Source of the DNA: an uncultured Fibrobacterota bacterium | GTDB taxonomy: Bacteria > Fibrobacterota > Chitinivibrionia > Chitinivibrionales > FEN-1185 | DNA length: 64,000 nucleotides | Assembly (NCBI GenBank): GCA_963729895.1 | Contig: CAVSQB010000011.1 | Coordinates: 96,001 to 160,000, forward strand | Reading direction: 5' to 3' | Part shown: positions 8,990 to 18,819 of the stretch, piece after piece | Position numbering within the stretch: position 1 is the stretch's first letter | Layout: the number at the start of each line of letters is the position of its first letter | Translations under genes and position numbers: made by a program | The notes under the pieces: generated by a model | Told to the model about the DNA's origin: nothing | The model's database searches: none | What the model saw: the letters and a program-made list of their open reading frames with translations, nothing else

Positions 8990-10813
8990 ATGAAATTATG
9001 GATTGTTCCGATCGGTTTGCTTGTTGCGGCGACGCTCTGCGCCATTCCGTTGAGCAAGTATTTCGCTTGGATCATGGAAGGCAAGTTTAGGCCGCCCAAA
9101 TGGCTTCGGTGGTTCGAGAAGGCGCTTGACACCGGAGAGCAAACCTGGAAAGGCTATGCGGTATCCCTGATTATCTTCAACGCCGGTCTTTTCGTGGCCG
9201 GGTTTCTCGTTCTGGCCTTGCAGCCCTGGATGCCCATGAACCAGGACCACAAGGGCATGCTTGCGCCCACGACCATTTTCAACGCCGTGGTTTCCTTCAT
9301 GACGAACACGAACCTCCAGCACTATGCGGGAGATGTGAATTTGTCGAATTTCAGCCAGATATTCTTCTGCATTTTCAACATGTTCCTGTCCGCCTCGGTC
9401 GGTTTTTGCGCGCTTGTGGCGATCATTCGCGCCTTTCGCGGACAAAAAACCGTGGGTAATTTTTTCGTTGACATGTGGCGGGTATTCGTCTATCTGTTCC
9501 TGCCGGCTTCGATCATATTCGCCGTTTTCTTCATTTCCCAGGGTTCTCCCATGACGTTCAAGAGCTCGTTCCAGGTTTCGACCCTGGAGCCCGGCTCCAT
9601 GGGCACCACCGACAAAGGAGAACCGGCAAAGCAAACCATCGTCACCGGCCCCGTGGCCGCCCTGGAATCCATAAAGATGCTCGGTACAAACGGGGGAGGC
9701 TTTTTCGGAATGAACGCGGCTCATCCGTTTGAAAATCCTACCGCCGCGTCGAATTTCTTCAACACGCTTGCCATGATGCTGTTCCCGTTTTCCCTGGTGC
9801 TGATGTACGGCAGGATGCTTGGCAGAATGCGGCATTCCTGGGTGATTTTTTCGGTAATGCTGTTCATGATGGCCGGGACGATTGTCTGGTCTGTGTATTT
9901 CGACACCACGAAACCCAATCCGGCTTTCACCTCTCATCCGGCCTCGAAAACCTACACGATCCCCGGCAAGACCGGCTCCGGAGGTGCAATCACCATGACT
10001 TTGCCGGGCGTGGCCGGTTTGCCCGTTGATCAGCATTGCGGCAACCTGGAAGGCAAGGAATTGCGTTTCGGGACTTCCGCCGGAGCAACCTATGCTGCAA
10101 TCACCACTGACGTCACGTGCGGGTCGGTAAACGCGGAAGCGGACGCCCTTAATCCGCTGGCAGCAATTGCCCCGATGGCGGGCATGTGGCTCAACTGCAT
10201 TTTTGGCGGCAAGGGCGTGGGACTGATGAACTTTCTCATGTTCCTGATTCTCGGGATTTTCCTCGCCGGGCAAATGGTGGGCCGCACGCCGGAATACCTG
10301 GGGAAGAAGATCGGGAGCCGCGAGGTGAAGCTGGCCGTGATCGCACTGCTGATGCATCCGATCATGATCCTGCTTCCCGTGGGGCTTTTTGCAGCCACGC
10401 CGTGGGGAATGAAGGCGGAAACCAATCCCGGGCCGCATGGATTTTCGCAAATCACCTATCAGTTTTCCTCTGCATCCGCAAACAACGGGTCTGCGTTCGA
10501 CGGTCTCAATGTTAGCTATGGATTCAATGACAATCCAAACCCGGCGCCCGAAGCGCGTGCATGGGACATTGCAACCGGTCTGGTGATGCTTTTCGGCAGA
10601 TATCTTCCCATTATCGCAATGATTGCCATGGCCGGGTCTCTTGGTGCAAAAAAATCGGCGCCGTTCGGCCTGGGAACGCTTCGCGACGACACGCTCACGT
10701 TCGGGTTCTTGCTTTTAGGCACTGTCGTGATCGTGGGCGCTTTGCTGTTTCTGCCTTTGGCGGCGCTCGGCCCCATTGCCGAACAGTTGGGTCCGATACC
10801 GTTCGGCGGGTGA
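8990..10813 (+). CDS. kdpA: K+-transporting ATPase subunit A
   Basis: Filter motifs NTNLQHY, TNGGG, TCGSVN and NNGSA, plus EGKELRFG and GRTPEYLGKK. ATG 8990 follows a GAGGG RBS. Confidence 0.97.
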   Translation: MKLWIVPIGLLVAATLCAIPLSKYFAWIMEGKFRPPKWLRWFEKALDTGEQTWKGYAVSLIIFNAGLFVAGFLVLALQPWMPMNQDHKGMLAPTTIFNAVVSFMTNTNLQHYAGDVNLSNFSQIFFCIFNMFLSASVGFCALVAIIRAFRGQKTVGNFFVDMWRVFVYLFLPASIIFAVFFISQGSPMTFKSSFQVSTLEPGSMGTTDKGEPAKQTIVTGPVAALESIKMLGTNGGGFFGMNAAHPFENPTAASNFFNTLAMMLFPFSLVLMYGRMLGRMRHSWVIFSVMLFMMAGTIVWSVYFDTTKPNPAFTSHPASKTYTIPGKTGSGGAITMTLPGVAGLPVDQHCGNLEGKELRFGTSAGATYAAITTDVTCGSVNAEADALNPLAAIAPMAGMWLNCIFGGKGVGLMNFLMFLILGIFLAGQMVGRTPEYLGKKIGSREVKLAVIALLMHPIMILLPVGLFAATPWGMKAETNPGPHGFSQITYQFSSASANNGSAFDGLNVSYGFNDNPNPAPEARAWDIATGLVMLFGRYLPIIAMIAMAGSLGAKKSAPFGLGTLRDDTLTFGFLLLGTVVIVGALLFLPLAALGPIAEQLGPIPFGG

Positions 10814-10846
10814 CGATGATTCACCGTGAGTAGTAAGGAAATCACC

Positions 10847-12982
10847 ATGAATGCAACACTGTATGCTCCGGTAAAGGCCCATTCCATCCGCAAGAAAATG
10901 CGGCGCAAGCCCTTATTCTCCGCCGACATCGCTATCCCAGCACTGAAAGACGCATGTGTCATGCTGCGGCCCGACGTCCAGTGGAAAAACCCGGTGATGT
11001 TCGTGGTTGAAGCGGGCGCCGTTCTTACCCTGTTGTACATTGTTGCGGCCCTCCTGGGAAAAAGCGAAAGCCGGGTGCCCGTTTCCTACTTTGTGTCGTT
11101 GGATGCATGGCTCTTTGCGACGGTGCTGTTTGCAAATTTCGCCACGGCGATTGCCGAGGCGCGCGGCAAGGCTCAGGCCGAGAGTTTGCGGCGTACGCGG
11201 CGCGATACCGTGGCGTACCGCAGGCGAGGCGACGGTACACTGGAGGAAGTCGCGTCAACGGAATTACGGGCCGGAGACGAGGTTGTGGTGGGCGCGGGCC
11301 AGATCATTCCGGGAGACGGTGAAATAATCATTGGTATCGCGTCAATCGACGAATCCGCGATTACCGGGGAGTCCGCGCCGGTCATTCGTGAATCGGGGGG
11401 AGACCGGTCGGGTGTTGTGGGCGGAACGCTGGTGATTTCGGACAGCATCACGGTCCGCATTACGGGCGCCGGCGGCGAGTCGTTTCTTGACAAAATGATA
11501 GCGCTCGTCGAGGGTGCGATCAGGCAGCGTACCCCCAACGAGATTGCCTTGACTCTGGTGCTGTCCGCGCTGACCCTTATCTTTCTGATCGTGGTGATTC
11601 CTTTGGTCCCCATGGCCTGGAACGCGGAGCAGTACATGACCGCGTATCTTGGTCTGGATCGGCCGCTTAAGAGCCTGGGCACCGACATCCCGACCTTGAT
11701 CGCGCTTTTGGTGTGCCTCATCCCGACGACGATCGGTGCATTGCTTGCCGCAATAGGAATTGCCGGAATGGAGCGGGCGCTTCGCAATAATATCATCGCC
11801 AAGAGCGGAAGGGCGGTTGAAACGGCCGGCGACATCGACGTGGTGCTTTTTGACAAAACAGGAACAATCACCATGGGGAACCGCCAGGCCACCGAGTTTC
11901 TCCCGGTGGCAGGCTACTCGGCCGACGAGGTTATCCGGCTTTCGGCGCTTGCCTCTGCGGCGGACGAAACCCCCGAGGGAAGAAGCATCGTCAAAGCGTA
12001 TGAGAGCCGGGGGCGCGGATCGCTGAGCCTTCCGTCCGCGGCGCATTTTGTGCCTTTTTCGGCGCAGACTCGTATGAGCGGCGTTGATCTGCCCGACGGG
12101 CAGCGGATCAGAAAAGGCGCGTCGGACGCCATCATATCCTTTGTCAATTCGATGGGCGGGTCTGCGCCCGAGGCGCTGCGGCCCTTGGTTGAGCGCGTGG
12201 CGTCGAAGGGTGCGACCCCGCTTGTCGTCGCCGACAACGGGAAGGTGGCCGGCGTCATCGTGCTTTCCGACATTTTGAAGCCGGGAATGAAGGAACGGCT
12301 TGACAATCTCCGGAAAATGGGGCTTCGTAGGGTCATGATTACCGGCGACAATCCGCTTACCGCGGCGACGATTTCGGCGCAGGCCGGAATGGATGATTTT
12401 CTCGCCCAGGCAACGCCGGAGGCAAAGCTCGAGTTCATTCGCGACGAGCAATCGAAAGGAAAACTCGTTGCCATGATGGGGGACGGCACCAACGACGCAC
12501 CCGCCCTTGCCCAGGCGGACGTCGCCCTTGCCATGAACGCCGGCACGCAGGCGGCGAAAGAAGCCTCAAATATGGTCGATCTCGACAGCGATCCGACCAA
12601 ATTGATCGAAGTGGTTGAAATCGGGAAGCAGCTGCTCATGACGCGCGGGGCCCTTACCACTTTTTCAATCGCCAACGACATAGCGAAATATTTTGCGATC
12701 ATCCCGGCTCTTTTTGCGGGAACGCTGCCCTGGCTCAAGGCCATTGACATCATGCACCTGCACTCGCCGACATCGGCAATTCTTTCTGCGATTATTTTCA
12801 ACGCCCTTATCATTCCGGCGCTCATTCCGGTGGCTCTCAAAGGCGTGAGGTACCGGTCGCTCGGCGCAGACGCGCTTCTCCGGAGAAATCTTCTTTTCTG
12901 GGGCGCGGGCGGGGTGGTTATTCCATTTATCGGCATCAAGCTGATTGATGTGGTGATGACCGCATTGCATCTGACGGCCTAG
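10847..12982 (+). CDS. kdpB: K+-transporting ATPase subunit B (P-type ATPase)
   Basis: Motifs [25 protein letters not shown] and GDGTND. ATG 10847 follows an AAGGA RBS. Confidence 0.98.
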   Translation: MNATLYAPVKAHSIRKKMRRKPLFSADIAIPALKDACVMLRPDVQWKNPVMFVVEAGAVLTLLYIVAALLGKSESRVPVSYFVSLDAWLFATVLFANFATAIAEARGKAQAESLRRTRRDTVAYRRRGDGTLEEVASTELRAGDEVVVGAGQIIPGDGEIIIGIASIDESAITGESAPVIRESGGDRSGVVGGTLVISDSITVRITGAGGESFLDKMIALVEGAIRQRTPNEIALTLVLSALTLIFLIVVIPLVPMAWNAEQYMTAYLGLDRPLKSLGTDIPTLIALLVCLIPTTIGALLAAIGIAGMERALRNNIIAKSGRAVETAGDIDVVLFDKTGTITMGNRQATEFLPVAGYSADEVIRLSALASAADETPEGRSIVKAYESRGRGSLSLPSAAHFVPFSAQTRMSGVDLPDGQRIRKGASDAIISFVNSMGGSAPEALRPLVERVASKGATPLVVADNGKVAGVIVLSDILKPGMKERLDNLRKMGLRRVMITGDNPLTAATISAQAGMDDFLAQATPEAKLEFIRDEQSKGKLVAMMGDGTNDAPALAQADVALAMNAGTQAAKEASNMVDLDSDPTKLIEVVEIGKQLLMTRGALTTFSIANDIAKYFAIIPALFAGTLPWLKAIDIMHLHSPTSAILSAIIFNALIIPALIPVALKGVRYRSLGADALLRRNLLFWGAGGVVIPFIGIKLIDVVMTALHLTA

Positions 12983-13012
12983 AGGCCCGATGGTTCGAAA
13001 GGAAGTCTCACC

Positions 13013-14029
13013 ATGATGAAAAACATTTCAAAGACATTCCTGCTGCTCGCATTTGCCTATTGCATCTGCTGCGGAGTCTATCCGGCAATGCTCTGGGGAA
13101 TCGGCAGGATATTTTTTCCCTTTGAGGCGGGCGGGAGCGTTCTCTACGGCCCGGACAAAGAACCGATCGGGTCTGAGCTTATAGCACAGCCCTTTACACA
13201 AGACCAATACTTCCAGCCGCGCCCTTCCGCGGCGTCGTACAATGCCGCGGCATCTGCCTCGGCCGCGCTTGCGCCGTCGAAGTACGCACTTCGCAACCGG
13301 GTTGCAACGATGCTTGGCCCCATCGTCAGGTATAAGAGCGGATCCCGGGCCGGGCGGCTCGCTGCGCCCGACGTCGAGCATTGGTTTCGGAAAGACACGT
13401 TTCAGGGCGCGCCGTCCGTTGTTGCGCAATGGGCCGCGGCCCACAGCGGTTGCGCGCAGGCCTGGGTCTCCGCCGATTCAAGCCATATCCGTTATGTAAA
13501 CAAATGGGCGAATGCGCATCCCTTGGACGTGGCGCAATTCGTCAAGCAAAATCCGGCAACCACGAAACCCGGGGCCGGGGATCTCGCAGTACCGTTTTTT
13601 ACGTCGTTTTCAAAGGAGAACCCGGGAAAATTTCCGGGGCCCGTGTCCCATGCCGGACCGGCCGGCACACCGGTCGTTGACATCGGCCCGGTGGGCGAGG
13701 GAACCGACATCCAATCTATCTTCTTTGACCTATGGCGGCAGGACAATCCGGATGCCGACCTCCAGCCCGTTCCCGGCGACATGGTGACGACGTCGGCGTC
13801 CGGGCTTGACCCGCATATATCGCTCGAAAATGCGGAATTCCAGCTTGATCGCGTTGCCTCAAAATGGGCCTTGCTTTTGCATCACGGCCAAACGCCGCTG
13901 CGTGAGGAAATCCGGCAGGTTTTGCTGGCCAACGCGTTTGCGCCGCTCAAGGGCCTGGCGGGCGAGAAAATGGTGAATGTCCTGAAAGTGAATATCGAGC
14001 TTCAACGCCGGTTCAAACCGGTCATGTAA
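13013..14029 (+). CDS. kdpC: K+-transporting ATPase subunit C, long form with an internal insertion
   Basis: N-terminal TM, GSELIAQPF, YFQPRPSA, VTTSASGLDPHIS and VNVLKVNIEL motifs; 338 aa. Confidence 0.92.
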   Translation: MMKNISKTFLLLAFAYCICCGVYPAMLWGIGRIFFPFEAGGSVLYGPDKEPIGSELIAQPFTQDQYFQPRPSAASYNAAASASAALAPSKYALRNRVATMLGPIVRYKSGSRAGRLAAPDVEHWFRKDTFQGAPSVVAQWAAAHSGCAQAWVSADSSHIRYVNKWANAHPLDVAQFVKQNPATTKPGAGDLAVPFFTSFSKENPGKFPGPVSHAGPAGTPVVDIGPVGEGTDIQSIFFDLWRQDNPDADLQPVPGDMVTTSASGLDPHISLENAEFQLDRVASKWALLLHHGQTPLREEIRQVLLANAFAPLKGLAGEKMVNVLKVNIELQRRFKPVM

Positions 14030-14042
14030 GGGAGGTCCGATT

Positions 14043-14831
14043 ATGAATTTATCGACAAAACAGCGGGACAATCTCGTTAGGTTCGGGAAAATGCTTGGTT
14101 TTGCCGCGGCGATCCTGGTGGCCACCAAACTCACCTTTCACTATGGAACCCTCACTAACTCTTCAACTGCGGCGTTCGGATTCCTCATTATAGTGCTTCT
14201 GTCCGCGTTTTTCGGCGATCTTTTTGTGGCCGTTTCCACATCTTTGGTGGCCACGCTCTGCTTCGATTATTTCTATCTGCTGCCGGTCGGGAAATTCACC
14301 ATTGCGGCTTTTTCCGATTGGATCTCTCTGGCGGCATTCCTTGCCGCTTCCGTCATCATCAGCCGTCTCGCGGCATCGGCGGCTGAAAACAGGAGAAAAG
14401 CAAGTATACTGAACAAGGCTCTTGCCCAATTGAAGGAATTCGGAGAGTGGCTTTTGTCCATGCCGCACCACGGGCTCACCCTAACCGGAATTGCACAAAA
14501 AGCACTCGCTGTTTTCTCGTTGGAATACTGCTCGATCCACGTGTACGGCGAGGGAAAATGGCAGCATTTTACCGGCGCTGCGGCAACCGATATTCCGGCT
14601 GAGATTGAAAACCGGCTCAAGTTCTTCCAAGACCATTCGAGGGAACTAATGGAATTGGCGGATGAAGACATGCTCGGTGTACGATATGTCCGGATCAGCA
14701 AGGGAACTGCCACGCTTGCATTGCTGGCCGTCAAGAGTGAAACGCTGCCTTGCGAGGCCCTGGGAACCATTGCCTACATGATCGGCGTGCAGTTGAGCGT
14801 GATCATGGACAACAAGCACACCGCTTACTAA
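14043..14831 (+). CDS. DUF4118 (KdpD-type 4-TM) protein with a GAF-like C-terminus and no kinase domain
   Basis: Four hydrophobic segments with FDYFYLLP, matching WDFFFIPP in the neighbouring KdpD, followed by a soluble ~140-aa domain. Confidence 0.75.
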   Translation: MNLSTKQRDNLVRFGKMLGFAAAILVATKLTFHYGTLTNSSTAAFGFLIIVLLSAFFGDLFVAVSTSLVATLCFDYFYLLPVGKFTIAAFSDWISLAAFLAASVIISRLAASAAENRRKASILNKALAQLKEFGEWLLSMPHHGLTLTGIAQKALAVFSLEYCSIHVYGEGKWQHFTGAAATDIPAEIENRLKFFQDHSRELMELADEDMLGVRYVRISKGTATLALLAVKSETLPCEALGTIAYMIGVQLSVIMDNKHTAY

Positions 14832-15000
14832 TATTCTCACAAGTAAGGTTACATAAACCTGCCGGACGATGCTGCGAGGATGGGACCCCATGCGTGACAC
14901 GAATTGAAGTGGCTTCGTTCCGCGGAAGATACTATTTATTAGGGAAGAAAACAGACGGATATATTCTTCAATATGATCGCGTCGGACTGGACCTGCAAAA

Positions 15001-17694
15001 ATGAGCGACCCCGACCGGCCGAATCCCGATGTCCTGCTCGCTTCCATCCAAAGAAACGAACAGGCCAAACTGCGGGGCACGCTGAAGATCTTCTTCGGAA
15101 TGTGCCCGGGTGTGGGGAAGACATTCGCCATGCTCAAGGCCGGACAGGCCCTGAACGCAAAAGGCGTCTCCGTTGCGGTCGGAGTCGTCGAGACCCACGG
15201 CCGCCGGGAAACGGAAGCGCTGCTCTCCGGCCTTACCGTTATTCCGCGGCTTACCATACACTACAAAGGCAAGGCGCTTTTGGACCTGGACCTCGATGCC
15301 GTACTGGCGGCCCGGCCCGGGAATGTACTTGTGGACGAGCTCGCGCACACCAATGCCGAGGGCATGCGGCATGCCAAACGGTACCAGGACGTGATCGAGT
15401 TGCTTGACAGTGGGATAAACGTCCTTACCACCCTCAACGTGCAGCACGTGGAAAGCCTCGTGGACTCGGTGCGCCAGATTACCGGCATCACGGTGCGCGA
15501 GACGGTGCCCGACAGCGTTCTTGATTTAGCGGATGACATCGAGCTTGTCGATCTGCCTCCCGACGAACTCCTGCTTCGCCTCAGGGAAGGCAAGGTATAT
15601 ACTGCGGAGCGTTCCGAGGCCGCGGCGCGGCATTTTTTCCAGAAAGGCAATCTTACCGCCCTCCGGGAAATCGCGCTTCGCAAGACCGCGGACCGGGTGA
15701 ACCTCCAGCTCAAGGACTACATGCAGGAGAACCGGATCAGCGGGCCGTGGAAAACGGTGGAGCGCCTCATGGTGGCGGTGGGGCCGAGCCCGTATTCGGA
15801 ACAGCTCATCCGCTGGACGCGGCGGATAGCCGCCACCATGGAGGCGCCGTGGATCGCCGTTTATGTCCAGGCCTCCCGGCCGCTCCCCGAAGCGGCCGAA
15901 AAGCGCCTCAAAAAGAACATCGCGCTCGCGCAGGAACTCGGCGCGACCCTGGTCACCACCGCTGACGACGACATCGCACGGGCGCTTTTGCGGGCCGCCC
16001 GCCAGAACAACGCCACGCAGATTGTTATTGGTAAATCGATGACGAACCCGGTGCTCGACCTCGTGCACGGCGGGTCGTTGGTAAACAGGCTTATCCGTGA
16101 AAGCGGAGCGATCGATATCTATGTCGTAAAAAGTGATGCCGGGGCTCCGCCGAAAAAACCCTTCCGGTACCGGGGGTTCGCGGGTGTAGCTTCCCCGCTG
16201 CACCATTATGTGGCCTCCTGCATTGCCGTGTGCGCCGCCACCGCGGCCTGCTCTCTGGCCTCATCGTACATCGATTACCGTTCGGTGGGCATGTTTCTTC
16301 TTTTTATTATTTCGCTTCTTTCACTTTTTATCGGGCGCGGACCGCTTTTTGCGGCAGCCGCCTTGAGCGCGGTATTCTGGGATTTCTTCTTTATCCCGCC
16401 GGTTTTCACGTTTTCGATTTCACACCCGTCCGATGTGCTGCTGGTGTCGCTTTATTTTATCGTTGCGCTCGTGAGCGGCACGCTCACCTCGCGGACAAGG
16501 ACCAAGGAAACCATCGTGCGGCGTCGCGAGCGGTTTACCTCGGCGCTTTATTTATTTGTCAATAAACTCGCGGCCGCGGAAACAATGGACGACATCGCGC
16601 GGGCGGGTATGGAGAACATGGCGTCGGTGTTCGGCGCCCGCGCAGCGCTGTACCTGCCCGAAACGGCGGAGTCGATCGGGCGAAAACCGCATCCTTTAAG
16701 TACCTTTGCTCCGGACACCGACAAGGAATTAAGCGTGGCGGAATGGGTTTTCTCAAACAGAAAACCGGCCGGACGCGCCACGGCGACGCTCACCTTCGCC
16801 ACGGCGGCGTATTATCCGCTTTTGATGCATGGAGTGTGCAGGGGCGTTGTTGGCCTTGTTGCGCAGGACTCAAAGGAAATGCCTGTGGAACAGGAAGGCC
16901 TTCTGGCGATGTTCCTGGACCAGTGGGCCTTTGCGCTCGACCGGGCCTATCTGCGCGAGCAGGCGGCAAAAACGAGGCTGCTTGAGGAATCCGAGCGCCT
17001 CAACAAGACCCTGCTCAATTCCATTTCTCATGAATTGCGAACCCCGCTCGCGGCCATTACCGGTGCGTCAAGCAGCCTGCTGGAAGCGGCGGTCGCGGAA
17101 GACAGCCGGGCGCGCAACGTTCTCATCGGAGACATCAGAGCGGCTTCGTCCCGGTTGAACAGGCTGGTGGAAAACCTGCTCGACATGACCCGGATCGAAT
17201 CGGGCGGGTTGACAATTGCCAAGGACTGGTGCGACGTTCGCGACATCATCAATTCGGTGCTGGACGGCCTTTCGGAGGAGCTGTCGCGGCACAGCGTTCG
17301 CGTGACGATCGCCGACGATGTGCCGCTTGTAAAACTCGACGGCATCATCATAGAACAGGTATTGTCGAACATCGTGCTCAACGCCGCGCAGTATACGCCG
17401 CCGGGGACGCCGGTCCATATCAGATCGTTTTTCGAGGCCGGGTCGCTTGTGTGTGCCGTCGAAGACGAGGGCCCGGGCCTGCCGGAAGAATCGATCACCC
17501 GGATTTTTGACAAGTTCTACAGGGTCCCGGGCACGAGGGCCGGCGGCACGGGGCTCGGATTATCTATTGTAAAAGGATTCGTCGAATTACACGGTGGTAC
17601 GGTGGAGGCCGAGAACCGCGTGAACAAAGGCGCGCAATTCACCATCCGGCTGCCGGTTGAGTACAAACCGTTCGTCGCAGACGAGGCGTTGTGA
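15001..17694 (+). CDS. kdpD: Sensor histidine kinase KdpD
   Basis: KdpD N-domain (GVGKTFAML, VETHGR, LVDELAHTN), Usp domain, 4 TM segments, GAF, H-box ISHELRTP and GTGLGL. Confidence 0.97.
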   Translation: MSDPDRPNPDVLLASIQRNEQAKLRGTLKIFFGMCPGVGKTFAMLKAGQALNAKGVSVAVGVVETHGRRETEALLSGLTVIPRLTIHYKGKALLDLDLDAVLAARPGNVLVDELAHTNAEGMRHAKRYQDVIELLDSGINVLTTLNVQHVESLVDSVRQITGITVRETVPDSVLDLADDIELVDLPPDELLLRLREGKVYTAERSEAAARHFFQKGNLTALREIALRKTADRVNLQLKDYMQENRISGPWKTVERLMVAVGPSPYSEQLIRWTRRIAATMEAPWIAVYVQASRPLPEAAEKRLKKNIALAQELGATLVTTADDDIARALLRAARQNNATQIVIGKSMTNPVLDLVHGGSLVNRLIRESGAIDIYVVKSDAGAPPKKPFRYRGFAGVASPLHHYVASCIAVCAATAACSLASSYIDYRSVGMFLLFIISLLSLFIGRGPLFAAAALSAVFWDFFFIPPVFTFSISHPSDVLLVSLYFIVALVSGTLTSRTRTKETIVRRRERFTSALYLFVNKLAAAETMDDIARAGMENMASVFGARAALYLPETAESIGRKPHPLSTFAPDTDKELSVAEWVFSNRKPAGRATATLTFATAAYYPLLMHGVCRGVVGLVAQDSKEMPVEQEGLLAMFLDQWAFALDRAYLREQAAKTRLLEESERLNKTLLNSISHELRTPLAAITGASSSLLEAAVAEDSRARNVLIGDIRAASSRLNRLVENLLDMTRIESGGLTIAKDWCDVRDIINSVLDGLSEELSRHSVRVTIADDVPLVKLDGIIIEQVLSNIVLNAAQYTPPGTPVHIRSFFEAGSLVCAVEDEGPGLPEESITRIFDKFYRVPGTRAGGTGLGLSIVKGFVELHGGTVEAENRVNKGAQFTIRLPVEYKPFVADEAL

Positions 17695-18398
17695 TGGCGG
17701 AGGGAAAAAGAATACTCATAATCGACGACGAACTCCAGATCCGGCGTTTTCTGAGAGTCACCCTTGAGGCGAACGGGTACCGGGTCCTTGAGGCGTCCAC
17801 CGCCAAGGATGGGATCTACAAAGCGGCCACCGATCGGCCGGACGCCATCGTGCTCGATCTTGGACTGCCGGATATGGACGGCGGCACCGTCTTGACGCAG
17901 GTGAGGGAATGGAGCGCGGTGCCCGTGATTATCCTCAGCGTGCGGGACGACGAGAAGGGCAAGGTGGCGGCGCTGGACGCCGGCGCGGACGATTATGTCG
18001 TCAAGCCGTTCGGCGTCAACGAACTGGTTGCACGGCTCCGGGTCGCCTTGCGCCGCGGCCGCGAGGGCGCGGAGGAAATCACGGAATTCCGGAATTGCAA
18101 CCTGCATGTAGATCTTGTAAACCGGATTGTGAAACTCGGCGGTTCGCCGGTGAAACTCACCGCCACGGAATATTCTCTCTTACTGCAATTCGTCAAGAAC
18201 GCGGGAAAAGTCCTGACCCACCGACACTTGATGAAGGAAATCTGGGGGCCGTACCGCGAAGACGAGACCCAGTACCTGCGCGTCTACATCGCGCAGCTTC
18301 GCAAGAAGCTTGAGGCCGATCCTTCCCGGCCCGCGCTTCTCGTCACGGAATCCGGCGTCGGGTACCGGATGCCGGTGGCTCAACCTTCCGAAGGTTGA
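17694..18398 (+). CDS. kdpE: Response regulator KdpE (OmpR family)
   Basis: IIDDE, LDLGLPDMDG, GADDYVVKPF, YLRVYIAQLRKKLE and TESGVGYR motifs. It overlaps the kdpD stop codon. Confidence 0.96.
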   Translation: MAEGKRILIIDDELQIRRFLRVTLEANGYRVLEASTAKDGIYKAATDRPDAIVLDLGLPDMDGGTVLTQVREWSAVPVIILSVRDDEKGKVAALDAGADDYVVKPFGVNELVARLRVALRRGREGAEEITEFRNCNLHVDLVNRIVKLGGSPVKLTATEYSLLLQFVKNAGKVLTHRHLMKEIWGPYREDETQYLRVYIAQLRKKLEADPSRPALLVTESGVGYRMPVAQPSEG

Positions 18399-18584
18399 AT
18401 CTCCTAGCGAGCGCATTGTCACTTCGTTCCCTAAGGTATGGTAGTTGCGCTTCGCGCTTTGTATTGTCGTTTGCCTTTTCCCCGAAGGTTCGCTTGGGCG
18501 GCTTCTCCTGGAGCGTTGCACGCAGTGGTAGTCGTGGTGCTTCGGGGTCAGCGAGCGACTGTAGATATATCTTTTTCCTTGGGG

Positions 18585-18624
18585 ATTGAAGATTTCTCGT
18601 CCCGCGGGACGAGAAATCTTCAAT
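18585..18624. repeat. Perfect 40-bp palindrome (possible kdp-operon terminator or operator)
   Basis: ATTGAAGATTTCTCGTCCCG|CGGGACGAGAAATCTTCAAT is exactly self-complementary and is followed by TTAATCTT. Confidence 0.9.
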
Positions 18625-18630
18625 TTAATC

Positions 18631-18659
18631 TTGAATTAGGTTTCTATTTGAGATAATAT
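18631..18659 (+). promoter_or_regulatory. Sigma70-like promoter for the phosphorylase-like gene
   Basis: TTGAAT (18631-18636), a 17-bp spacer, then TAATAT (18654-18659). Confidence 0.55.
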
Positions 18660-18819
18660 TACATTGAGAAGGACCAACCCGGCGCATCCGGGTTTGACCG
18701 TGCGCGGCGTTGTTGAAAAGAATCACTCGCTGCGGCGAATGACACAAAAGGCAGGTTCGTCGGGTCTAACGAATTCTGCTCAATAAAGTTAGGACCCCTG
18801 AAAAGACCGCGGGAATTTC

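Noticed and set aside
8996..10450. 484-aa antisense ORF (likewise 11342-12451, 26952-28172, 48347-49675, 55098-56150)
   Set aside because: These are antisense shadows of well-supported genes, with no domain signal.
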